DNA of 64,000 bases from Gammaproteobacteria bacterium (GTDB lineage: Bacteria; Pseudomonadota; Gammaproteobacteria; UBA4575), in the NCBI GenBank assembly GCA_965221955.1, contig CBDCTA010000029.1:192001-256000 (forward strand). Direction: 5' to 3'. The first letter of the stretch is position 1, and each line of letters opens with the position of its first letter. Below the pieces are notes generated by a model, which saw only the letters and a list, made by a program, of their open reading frames with translations, did not search any database and was not told the origin of the DNA. This document shows positions 19,800 to 28,243 of this stretch, piece after piece. The position numbers and the translations under genes are program-made.

Positions 19800-20050
19800 A
19801 AGACCTATTTTTGAGTGATTTTTATGCGCTAAAAGTACTCCGCTAAATACCCTATTTTTAGTGCACCTAATGCACTGAAAGCCAACACAAACAAGCTCCT
19901 CTTATATTGTGTACCCATATTGTAGACGGTGTGGCCTTGTAGTAATGTTTACTTAAAGGGAGTGATACTTATATATATCACATCATCAACCTGCTCATTT
20001 GTCGCCTATTAATTATCAGCGTATCAAAATGAGTAGCGGAGGAGATTCAA

Positions 20051-22345
20051 ATGCAGACCGATAAAATTAAAGCGCCCGAAGGGCATTCTATTCACCATGT
20101 AACTTGCCCACATGATTGTCCTGATTCATGTTCGATGTTGGTTACACGCGATGATTCCACTGGTAAAGCCGTACGTGTGCAAGGCGATCCAACTCATCCT
20201 ATTACGCGTGGATACTTATGTAACAAAGTAAATCATTACCTTGATTTGGTCTACAACGACAATCGTGTTTTATATCCTCACAAACGTGTTGGACCAAAAG
20301 GACCCGGTGCAAAGTTTGAACGTATTACCTGGGATGAGGCGCTCGATACCATTACTGACAATTTTAAGAGTGTGATCAGTGAGTATGGTAGTGCGGCCGT
20401 ACAACCCTATTCATATTCTGGAACCATGGGAATGGTGGGTTATTGGACCATGGATTATCGCTTCTGGAACAAGATGCAAGCGGCAGGATTGGTGCAGTCG
20501 ATTTGTATTTATGCTGCGATGTGGGCGGATTTGCACACTTATGGATTAGCCCACTCCAATATGTCAGTGCATGAAGCGGCACAAGAAGCAGATTTAATGA
20601 TTCTTTGGGGTGCTAATCTAGTAAGTACTGGTGTACATGCGATCCCATTTATACGTGAAGCCAAAGAACGTGGCATGAAGTTAATTGTAATCGACCCACG
20701 TGTTACACGTACTACGATGATGGCGGATTGGCACATCCAACCGAAGCCCGGAACAGATGCTGCATTGGCGTTAGGTATGATGAAAGTCATCGTCGATGCA
20801 GGTAAACATGATTTAGACTTCCTTAAAGAACAAACCAATGGTTGGGAAGCATTAATCGAAACCAAACTTCCAGATTATCCATTAGATAAAGTTGAAGAAA
20901 TAACAGGAGTTCCCGCAGCAGACATCGAAAAACTAGCGTTGGAATATGCCTCAACGAAGAAAACTTGTATCCGTGCTAATTACGGATTAAATCGTCACCA
21001 GAATGCTGGTCAAATGTGTCGAGCTATTTTAATACTTCCGTGTATTACCGGTGCATGGCGCGAAAAATGTGGCGGCGTAAGTTTTGGTACTTTGAATGAA
21101 ATGTGGTTCCGTTGTATGAGTGATGCATTGCATCGCCCTGATCTTGGAAAACGCAAGCGCGCTATTAATATGGTGCAGATAGGTCGGGCCTTGTCTGAAA
21201 ATATTGGAGCGGATGGTGAACAACTTGATCCGCCTATTAAAAGTATCTTTGTATACAACTCAGACCCTGCTAATTGTGCACCAAATACCAATGCAGTGCG
21301 TAAAGGTTTTATGCGCGATGATTTGTTTGTCGCAGTGCATGAAACTTTTTGGACCGATACCTGTAACTATGCAGACATAGTGATCCCAGCGGATACACAG
21401 CTAGAGCGTATGGATATGGTAGCCACTTATGGCAACTGGTATTTCACTATGAATAAGCCGGTGATCGAGCCGCTTGGCGAGAGTGTGCGTAATTCTGAGT
21501 TGTTTCGTATGTTAGCCAAGAAGATGGATTATGTTGAAGAAGGAGATAATGCCTTTACACAAACGGATGAAGAAATTATTCGTGATGTATTGTGTGATGA
21601 AGGTAAAAACAACTTGCTCATGGAAGGTATTAAGTATGAAGACTTTGAAAACAAAGGCTTTGTACGCGCGAATACCGCCACAGAAAGTCGAAATTTCATG
21701 AAAAATGGCTGGCCAACTCCTTCAGGTAAAATTGATATTTGGTGTGAAGCGTTAAAAGAAGAAGGTATAGATCCATTACCAACCTATGTGCCTGAAATTG
21801 AAGGACAAGAAGATCCCAAGCGTAAGAAGTATCCGTTACAAGTTTTAAGTAGCGCGTCACACTATTTTATTGGTGATTCATTCCAATCCGTACCACGCTT
21901 ACAAGCAATGATGTCTAGACCGACGGTCGAGCTAAACCCAAATGAAGCTAAAAAACGTGGTTTAGAAGATGGCGATTTGTGCCGAATTTACAATGATCGT
22001 GGAGAAACCTATGCTTATCTTGTCGTCATTGAAGGGCATGTGGATGGTATCTGTTCTACTCAAAAGCAGTTTAAAGGCAGTAACACTCCAGGTGGTGTTA
22101 ACGTTAATGCGCTTAATACTGAGATGCTTACAGACTTTGGTACCAGTCCAACGTTTTATTCTTGTTTGGCAGAAGTAGAAAAAGCTAGCGAAGATATGCG
22201 TATACAAGCGTTGCTGAAAGAATGGGGTGGTAAAAAAGGCTATATCAAGAAGTGGCGTGAAGATCCGCGTAATGAGGGTGTAGAAGCGAGTGATGATGAA
22301 ATTATTGCTTTTGCTGAAAAGCAGCATCCAGGAGTGTTTAGCTAA
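20051..22345 (+). CDS. Cytoplasmic bis-MGD molybdopterin oxidoreductase (uncharacterised subgroup)
   Basis: CPHDCPDSC...C 4Fe-4S motif, WGAN, IDP, PGTDAALALG, YADIVIPA, C-terminal molybdopterin dinucleotide domain; no Tat signal. Confidence 0.9.
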   Translation: MQTDKIKAPEGHSIHHVTCPHDCPDSCSMLVTRDDSTGKAVRVQGDPTHPITRGYLCNKVNHYLDLVYNDNRVLYPHKRVGPKGPGAKFERITWDEALDTITDNFKSVISEYGSAAVQPYSYSGTMGMVGYWTMDYRFWNKMQAAGLVQSICIYAAMWADLHTYGLAHSNMSVHEAAQEADLMILWGANLVSTGVHAIPFIREAKERGMKLIVIDPRVTRTTMMADWHIQPKPGTDAALALGMMKVIVDAGKHDLDFLKEQTNGWEALIETKLPDYPLDKVEEITGVPAADIEKLALEYASTKKTCIRANYGLNRHQNAGQMCRAILILPCITGAWREKCGGVSFGTLNEMWFRCMSDALHRPDLGKRKRAINMVQIGRALSENIGADGEQLDPPIKSIFVYNSDPANCAPNTNAVRKGFMRDDLFVAVHETFWTDTCNYADIVIPADTQLERMDMVATYGNWYFTMNKPVIEPLGESVRNSELFRMLAKKMDYVEEGDNAFTQTDEEIIRDVLCDEGKNNLLMEGIKYEDFENKGFVRANTATESRNFMKNGWPTPSGKIDIWCEALKEEGIDPLPTYVPEIEGQEDPKRKKYPLQVLSSASHYFIGDSFQSVPRLQAMMSRPTVELNPNEAKKRGLEDGDLCRIYNDRGETYAYLVVIEGHVDGICSTQKQFKGSNTPGGVNVNALNTEMLTDFGTSPTFYSCLAEVEKASEDMRIQALLKEWGGKKGYIKKWREDPRNEGVEASDDEIIAFAEKQHPGVFS

Positions 22346-22413
22346 ATACTTAAATTAATATTTAAGATAAATCTGCTAAAAATAAAAAAGGATAAAATAG
22401 GAGTACATTTAAA

Positions 22414-23547
22414 ATGGCGACGGCACAAAAAAACTTTCATGATCCTTTTGATCAATTTATAAGAAAGCTACCCGAACCTAATCGTGACATTCAAACCAAA
22501 CGCGTAACAGTCAACCAAGGCATTATTAAAAGTGTTGAAAACCTCACTTACGATACGTACAAAGTTGTAATTAAGTGTAACGATGATTCTAAACAAATTG
22601 TGTTTAAGGCAGGGCAATATGCAACGATCACGGTGCCTGGTTGTAGAAAACCGCGCTCATATTCCTTTGCGTTGGCACCTGAAAATGAAAATAAAAACGA
22701 ATATTCGTTTTTTATTCGTTTAGTGCATGGGGGTAAGTTGTCAAGTTGGATAGCTCAAGAAAATCGTGAAGGTGAGCATGTAAAAATTTCAGGCCCTCTA
22801 GGAAAATTTGGGCTTGATTCATCTAACAAGACGATGGTTTGTATTGCTGGTGGTAGTGGTATGAGTGCTATCAATGCGATCGTTGAACAAGCATGTCAAG
22901 ACCAAGTAGAAAGAGACTGCTATTTCTTTTATGGAGCGCGCACACAAGCGGATTTATATCTACAAGAAGAAATGCAAGAGATAGCACGCAAGTGGAATAA
23001 AAATCACACCTTCAAATTTATTCCAGTATTGTCTGAAGAAGCTGAAGATAGTGATTGGGATGGACCACGCGGCTTCGTAACCGATCACTTCAAGAATGAA
23101 TATCTAAGCAAAGGTGTTGTTTCAGTAAACGATATGAAAGCTTTTTTCTGTGGTCCGCCGGTCATGATTGATCTTGGCGTTGAGGCGCTACAAGAAGCGG
23201 GCTTAGCAGATGAAAATATATATTTCGATAAATTTGAGGATTCGCGTTCACCTGCACCTGTAGTGGATAACACGAAATGCGTGTTGTGTGATGAATGCTT
23301 GATGGTGAAACCCACTCCAAACTGTTTGGTTGAGGCGACAAATTTTATAACTAATGGTGGTGGCAAGGTATCAAGTTTTGAACGAGTGACACCGGCTAAA
23401 ACATCAGGTTTGTACTATAACTCTCTATTCATTGATGAAAATGAATGTATAAGATGTTTTGCGTGTGTTGAGGCGTGTCCACATGATGCGATATCAGTTG
23501 ATTATGATAAGGTTCCTAAGACCCTTAGGAGAATCTCAAAGAATTAA
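22414..23547 (+). CDS. FNR-family FAD/NAD(P)H oxidoreductase (XylA-like) with C-terminal 4Fe-4S ferredoxin domain
   Basis: GQY, RSYS, GG.LS, GPLG, AGGSG, YGAR, CGPP; C-terminal CVLCDEC....P.PNC and CIRCFACVEACP. Confidence 0.88.
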   Translation: MATAQKNFHDPFDQFIRKLPEPNRDIQTKRVTVNQGIIKSVENLTYDTYKVVIKCNDDSKQIVFKAGQYATITVPGCRKPRSYSFALAPENENKNEYSFFIRLVHGGKLSSWIAQENREGEHVKISGPLGKFGLDSSNKTMVCIAGGSGMSAINAIVEQACQDQVERDCYFFYGARTQADLYLQEEMQEIARKWNKNHTFKFIPVLSEEAEDSDWDGPRGFVTDHFKNEYLSKGVVSVNDMKAFFCGPPVMIDLGVEALQEAGLADENIYFDKFEDSRSPAPVVDNTKCVLCDECLMVKPTPNCLVEATNFITNGGGKVSSFERVTPAKTSGLYYNSLFIDENECIRCFACVEACPHDAISVDYDKVPKTLRRISKN

Positions 23548-23597
23548 ATTTGTATAGAAATTAACGTGAATCGAATTTTAAGTTTGTTTTAGTATCT

Positions 23598-23636
23598 AAA
23601 AAAGCTGCTATTGTTTACTCATTAGCGGCTTTTTTT
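23598..23636 (+). terminator. Intrinsic terminator
   Basis: AAAAAAGCTGCTA...TAGCGGCTTTTTTT. Confidence 0.75.
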
Positions 23637-23680
23637 ATGCGTGTAAAATTTAGGAATTATTTTTTTATTTATGCAGTCTA

Positions 23681-24781
23681 ATGAATTGCATATCTGCGTT
23701 AGATGGAGTTTTTATTATGTGTGAGACAAATAGACTGAAGGCAATTTTTGCTGTTTTTTTTGCGTCAATCATATTTTTTGCAACAGGAGTATTTATGGCT
23801 GCCATGTCATCTTCACAGAAAGTGCATACCCCTATGGTTGAGGAGATTGGTGAGCTTAATGATGAAGAATTGCTAAAAATGGAGAAGGAGCTTCAAAAGC
23901 CAATTAAAGAATCTGGGCGATTTACTAAAGGCGTTTTGTGGAAGATAGAAAAAGATAAAGAATTCATTGGTTATATATTTGGCACCATTCATATGAATGA
24001 CAAGCGTGTCAATGAAGTTCGCAAAAATATTATTGATAAGTTTGATGCCATGAATAGTTTTGCCATGGAGTCATTTCCTAGTGATCATTATTGGAATCCA
24101 TACCATGGTGGGCAAATGATTAAAGGCGATATGACTTTACCAAGAGGTCAAACTCTGGAAGGGCTGATAGGTAAAGATCTCTATGCACGGGTAGAAGAAA
24201 TCCTTTTAGACCTTGGTTTAGATAAGCAAACTATTTTGCATCTGAAGCCATGGGCAGCAATGCGTAGTTTTGCCGTAAAAGCGGAAAATACTGAGGATTT
24301 AATTCTTGATTATGAGCTTTTAGATCGGGCAGCGGCACAAAGGAAAGAGCTTTATCAAGTAGAAAGTATCGAAGAATTCCTAGTTACTTTTTATGCCATG
24401 CCTGAAGATGTACAAATTAAATTGCTTGAATTTACGCTGGAAAGTTATTCTCAAATGCGTGCGACGATTAATATGATGTTAGAAGCTTATTTAGAAGAAG
24501 ATTTAACCAAAATGTATAACATTAGTACAAATTTCATTCCTAATAAGCCAGAAAACAAAAGATATCGGGAAACTTATTTAAAGCACGTAGTTAAGGATAG
24601 AAATGTAGTAATGGAACACTATATGCGCAAACCTATGCGTGAGAAGAAGACTTTTATTGCGGTAGGCGCGTTACATCTTTATGGAGATCAAGGAATATTG
24701 GCATTGATGGAAAAAGATGGCTATCAAGTAACACGCGTACCTATTGATAAAAAAGCAGATATTGAAAAGACGAAGAGCTAA
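23681..24781 (+). CDS. TraB/GumN (TIKI-like) family protein
   Basis: LWKI...YIFGTIH, LKPW, RN..M, FIAVGALHL.G..G...L....GY.V; true start may be further downstream. Confidence 0.85.
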   Translation: MNCISALDGVFIMCETNRLKAIFAVFFASIIFFATGVFMAAMSSSQKVHTPMVEEIGELNDEELLKMEKELQKPIKESGRFTKGVLWKIEKDKEFIGYIFGTIHMNDKRVNEVRKNIIDKFDAMNSFAMESFPSDHYWNPYHGGQMIKGDMTLPRGQTLEGLIGKDLYARVEEILLDLGLDKQTILHLKPWAAMRSFAVKAENTEDLILDYELLDRAAAQRKELYQVESIEEFLVTFYAMPEDVQIKLLEFTLESYSQMRATINMMLEAYLEEDLTKMYNISTNFIPNKPENKRYRETYLKHVVKDRNVVMEHYMRKPMREKKTFIAVGALHLYGDQGILALMEKDGYQVTRVPIDKKADIEKTKS

Positions 24782-24807
24782 TCTCGTCTCACTAACAGCT
24801 CAATGTA

Positions 24808-25431
24808 ATGCTTAATAACAGAATTGCAGCAACACTAATTATCTTATTAGTTGCTAGTAATGTAAGTATGTCTGCTGAAGACATTCGCTATGTTACAGAT
24901 GAGCTTGAAATTACTATACATCGTAAAATGAGTATGAATAGTGAGATTGTGGCACAACTAAAAAGTGGCACTCCTGTGCGTGTATTAAAAACCAATCGTG
25001 ATGCAGGTTATGTGATGGTTGGCACTGAAGATAAAAAAGTTGGCTGGATGCTAGAAAGTTTTTTGTTGAATGAGCCTGCAGGTCGTCAGCAATATCAATC
25101 TTTGAAAAAAGATTACGATAAATTAAAGAATGAGTTTGATACTCAAGTGCAAGAACGTACAGCTAAGTTATCTGCAGAACTAAATAAAGTGAAAAGTATC
25201 TCTAAGCGACCGTTGGAGCTACAAAAAGAAAATCAACAATTAAAAGAATTGCTAGAAAAAGAGCGTGCTCAAACTGAAGAGATTAAACGAGAAAATCGTG
25301 CATTTAAGTCGATTCACAAAGATCGGCAATGGTTTATTACAGGCGCATTGATTGCAATTTGCAGTTTAGTATTGGGTTTGATTATAACTAAAATCCCTTG
25401 GCGTAGACGCAAAAGCTGGGGTGAGTTATAA
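24808..25431 (+). CDS. SH3-domain protein (YgiM/TIGR04211-like)
   Basis: Signal peptide, RYVTD...SG..V, coiled coil, WF..G TM, RRRKSW tail. Confidence 0.88.
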   Translation: MLNNRIAATLIILLVASNVSMSAEDIRYVTDELEITIHRKMSMNSEIVAQLKSGTPVRVLKTNRDAGYVMVGTEDKKVGWMLESFLLNEPAGRQQYQSLKKDYDKLKNEFDTQVQERTAKLSAELNKVKSISKRPLELQKENQQLKELLEKERAQTEEIKRENRAFKSIHKDRQWFITGALIAICSLVLGLIITKIPWRRRKSWGEL

Positions 25432-25496
25432 GTTTTAAATATGTTCAGCCCAAGCTAAGCGATGAGGTTTACCTGAAAACGTATATATAAAAGGAT

Positions 25497-26141
25497 CTAG
25501 AGACCTTGCATAAGCACAGGTAAATTTCTTGCTTGGCCAATCATCAGTTCTAAAGATCTTGGGTCGGGCACTTCTTTTACACGTTTTTGTTCATCATTGG
25601 AACTCAATAAATTATTATATAGAGTGTTTGTGTCTTGTTGACCTAAGTCTTGTACAGAATCAATACCTGCATATACCATTAATTCAGCAAACTGACCTTC
25701 AATTCCACTGACTCGCATCAAGTCACACATACTTGCCCATTTGCTCACTACGAAGTCTTCGATGCCAATGTGGTTGGCAACCTCTATACGGCCATCCATT
25801 TGACAACACTTCTGCAATAGTTGTTGGGTCGTGGCAATGCCTTTATCACGAAGCTTGTTACCGTAACTTTTTCCTATACCTTCTACTTCTTCTATTTCAT
25901 AGCTAGTCTGTTCAGCTTTAGAAATCAATCCTGCTGCGGTGCCCGCGGCGATAGGCTTGTTTACTTCAGCAAGCTTTGTGGAATATTCCTGATCTTGTTC
26001 ATCTAATTTCTTTTTCCAGCTTGCATCGAGATCATCAAGTTTTGTGCAGCATGAACTTTTTGCTAGCCACCATCCGAAAACCGCACCTAGCAAAGCTGCA
26101 AGTAATAAACATAGCCACATTTGTTGAATTAAATAGCTCAT
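25497..26141 (-). CDS. Membrane-anchored DUF4332-like (HhH) protein
   Basis: N-terminal TM; IEEVEGIG, DLMRVSGI..QFAELM..AGIDSV. Confidence 0.8.
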   Translation of the reverse strand: MSYLIQQMWLCLLLAALLGAVFGWWLAKSSCCTKLDDLDASWKKKLDEQDQEYSTKLAEVNKPIAAGTAAGLISKAEQTSYEIEEVEGIGKSYGNKLRDKGIATTQQLLQKCCQMDGRIEVANHIGIEDFVVSKWASMCDLMRVSGIEGQFAELMVYAGIDSVQDLGQQDTNTLYNNLLSSNDEQKRVKEVPDPRSLELMIGQARNLPVLMQGL

Positions 26142-26143
26142 TG

Positions 26144-26896
26144 TTAAAGCCCCTCTACATTAAATTCTATTCTTCTGTTTTTTGCTTTACCTGCATCGGT
26201 TTCATTATCCGCTATTGGCTTGGTTTCACCGTAACCTATAGCAGATAAGCGACTTGCTTCAACGCCGTTGTTGATCAAATGGTCCATTACGGCAGTAGCA
26301 CGTGCTTGACTTAATAGTAAGTTGTAGTCATCGTCGCCGCTAGCATCGGTATGCCCTCTAATCTCAATTTTTGCTTCAGAGCACTGATTGGCAATATCGG
26401 TTAAATCGTTTAATAAAGCATGACTTGACGGGTCAATATCAGCACTATTCGTTGCAAAATTAATTTTATTTAGATTTAGTAAAACATCAAAGTCTTGCTG
26501 ACAAGTATATTCAGGGAGAGGCTCTAGCTTAGGTTTTAGAATTTCTGCGTCTATTTCTTTTTTTGCAGTATCTGTATCAGAGACAGGTTCTAATTCTGTA
26601 ACAGGTTCTTCTATAGAGGCGATAGTAAGTTGATTGTCTACCGTGTGAACACCGTATACTTGTTTGGCGTGTTGTTCTGCCTTTTGTTTGATTTTATCGC
26701 TTGCGACTTCACCCGTGAGGACGATATCACGACCATCCGTTACGATGTCTATATCATCTATGCCTAGTTCAGCAAGGGATGCATGAAGGCGGGTATCGAT
26801 GTCAATTTGAATAATAGTGCTGCGCTCATAGATGCAAAAATAGCCAAGGATAGCGAGCAATAATAAACCTAGTAATACAATCAAGGCTTTATTCAT
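26144..26896 (-). CDS. BON + OmpA C-terminal domain protein
   Basis: GRDIVLTG...GVHTVDNQL (BON); GHTD...N..LS.ARA, GYGE..P, NRRIEF. Confidence 0.9.
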   Translation of the reverse strand: MNKALIVLLGLLLLAILGYFCIYERSTIIQIDIDTRLHASLAELGIDDIDIVTDGRDIVLTGEVASDKIKQKAEQHAKQVYGVHTVDNQLTIASIEEPVTELEPVSDTDTAKKEIDAEILKPKLEPLPEYTCQQDFDVLLNLNKINFATNSADIDPSSHALLNDLTDIANQCSEAKIEIRGHTDASGDDDYNLLLSQARATAVMDHLINNGVEASRLSAIGYGETKPIADNETDAGKAKNRRIEFNVEGL

Positions 26897-27002
26897 TAGA
26901 ACTCTCCATCACGTTATTTTTAGTCTTGTTTTGTAATGAAACACTGCTGAGGAATGCTAAAAAACTGGTATGTTTCGAAAAACTAAATCCAGGCTAACGC
27001 AT

Positions 27003-27269
27003 TCATAATTTGTTTGCAATCATAAAATATTGCTTAAGCTTAGAGGAAGTATTTGAGCAAAATTGTAAATGCACATGAGAACCTTCTCCAAAGCATACTG
27101 TTGCAAATATGTTTTGGGGAAGCCACTCTTTTTTCATTTTTACTTTTTCTAAACGCCGTTTAGATTTATTACTTTTACGATGTATACCACCTTTGCGGAG
27201 TAAAGGATGATTGTGTAAAAGATTTCTTTGCCGAGTCAATTTAGTCGGAAACTTGATTTTATTCGACAT
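27003..27269 (-). CDS. Small highly basic protein, candidate alternative ribosome-rescue factor
   Basis: GGAG SD before the ATG at 27269; RNLLHNHPLLRKGGIHRKSNKSKRRLEKVKMKKEW; internal hairpin at 27083-27122. Confidence 0.6.
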   Translation of the reverse strand: MSNKIKFPTKLTRQRNLLHNHPLLRKGGIHRKSNKSKRRLEKVKMKKEWLPQNIFATVCFGEGSHVHLQFCSNTSSKLKQYFMIANKL

Positions 27270-27329
27270 TATATTCTCCATAATTAGATTAATATTCCAT
27301 AAAGGAAGTACTGAGTTATCAATACTCCC

Positions 27330-27560
27330 TTATGCCGCTTCTTTCACGAGTGTTCCATCATGAATTGCTTGTTGAATGTGCTTCATGAAATACAGTGAAT
27401 TTTTCTCTGCAAATAACACCTCATCCTGCATTGTATTAACAGGTACTGGAAAGCTATATAACTTTTCACTGTATGGCACGGACACAGCGTAGTACGCAAT
27501 ACCTTTTCGGTAGCGTAAAAATTTTGCCTTACTGTTTAGTAATTTGTTTTGAATATTCAT
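27330..27560 (-). CDS. Small hypothetical protein (paralog of 27582-27797)
   Basis: F..YRKG..YY...FPVP...LFAE..LYFMKHI; ends -EAA; AGGTGG SD. Confidence 0.75.
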   Translation of the reverse strand: MNIQNKLLNSKAKFLRYRKGIAYYAVSVPYSEKLYSFPVPVNTMQDEVLFAEKNSLYFMKHIQQAIHDGTLVKEAA

Positions 27561-27581
27561 ATTCCACCTATGTAAAAAAGC

Positions 27582-27797
27582 TTACGCAGCTTTGGCTTTA
27601 TCCAATTTTTCTACATGCGCTTTGATGTAAGGGTAAAAACGATTCACACGATCTTCATTTAAGAAAACCGACTGACCTGAGCCTTTAATTGGCACAGGAA
27701 ACTTAAAACCACTTTCAGTGCGGTACCATAATTTCCCTGATAGGAAAAACATGAAGCGTACATTTTCATTATCTTGCAGAATTTGTTCTAGATTCAT
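27582..27797 (-). CDS. Small hypothetical protein
   Basis: VRF.FF.SG.LWYRTESGFKFPVPI...VFLNED...F..YI; ends -KAA; GGAGG SD. Confidence 0.78.
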   Translation of the reverse strand: MNLEQILQDNENVRFMFFLSGKLWYRTESGFKFPVPIKGSGQSVFLNEDRVNRFYPYIKAHVEKLDKAKAA

Positions 27798-27920
27798 TAC
27801 ATGCCTCCTAAGTTAAGTACGTTAATAAAATCCTCTAGTTGGATTATCAATATTGATTTCTAGGTCATTATTGATATTCATAGCCCACATAAATGGGCAA
27901 TAAATTCATGATGGGTCAAT

Positions 27921-28000
27921 AAAAAACCCCGGTGCTCACGCTGCCGGGGTTTTTAATGTTTCCGGAAGGTAAGCTGCACCTTCCGATTAATTTGGAAGGT
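27921..28000 (-). promoter_or_regulatory. Attenuator: alternative hairpins plus intrinsic terminator
   Basis: On the mRNA: ACCTTCC / CGGAAGGT / ACCTTCCG, then AAAAACCCCGG...CCGGGGTTTTTT. Confidence 0.75.
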
Positions 28001-28002
28001 TG

Positions 28003-28149
28003 CTATGCCATGAAAATCTTTTGCATTTTCACTGCTTCAATGCCTATTTCTGCACGATGCAGTGCACAGTGTGTATTTGTAAACGACATAGTCGTGCACC
28101 ATGTATACATGTCGGTATTTAGGGCAAGTTGTTGCATAAAATTTTTCAT
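28003..28149 (-). CDS. Putative 48-aa leader peptide (not in the ORF track)
   Basis: MKNFMQQLALNTDMYTWCTTMSFTNTHCALHRAEIGIEAVKMQKIFMA*; sits between promoter and attenuator. Confidence 0.6.
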   Translation of the reverse strand: MKNFMQQLALNTDMYTWCTTMSFTNTHCALHRAEIGIEAVKMQKIFMA

Positions 28150-28186
28150 CGGCGGCGAACTATACTCTTTTAAACTCGTATTGCAA
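28150..28186 (-). promoter_or_regulatory. Sigma70-like promoter with GC-rich discriminator
   Basis: TTGCAA-16 nt-TATAGT-TCGCCGCCG-ATG. Confidence 0.6.
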
Positions 28187-28243
28187 TATTAAGGTTTAAA
28201 ATTTTAGGTTCAAAAATATACCGTTCATCTGTTAAGTTACAAT

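Noticed and set aside
27932-28192. 86-aa plus-strand ORF
   Set aside because: Antisense to the leader/attenuator and starts inside the terminator hairpin
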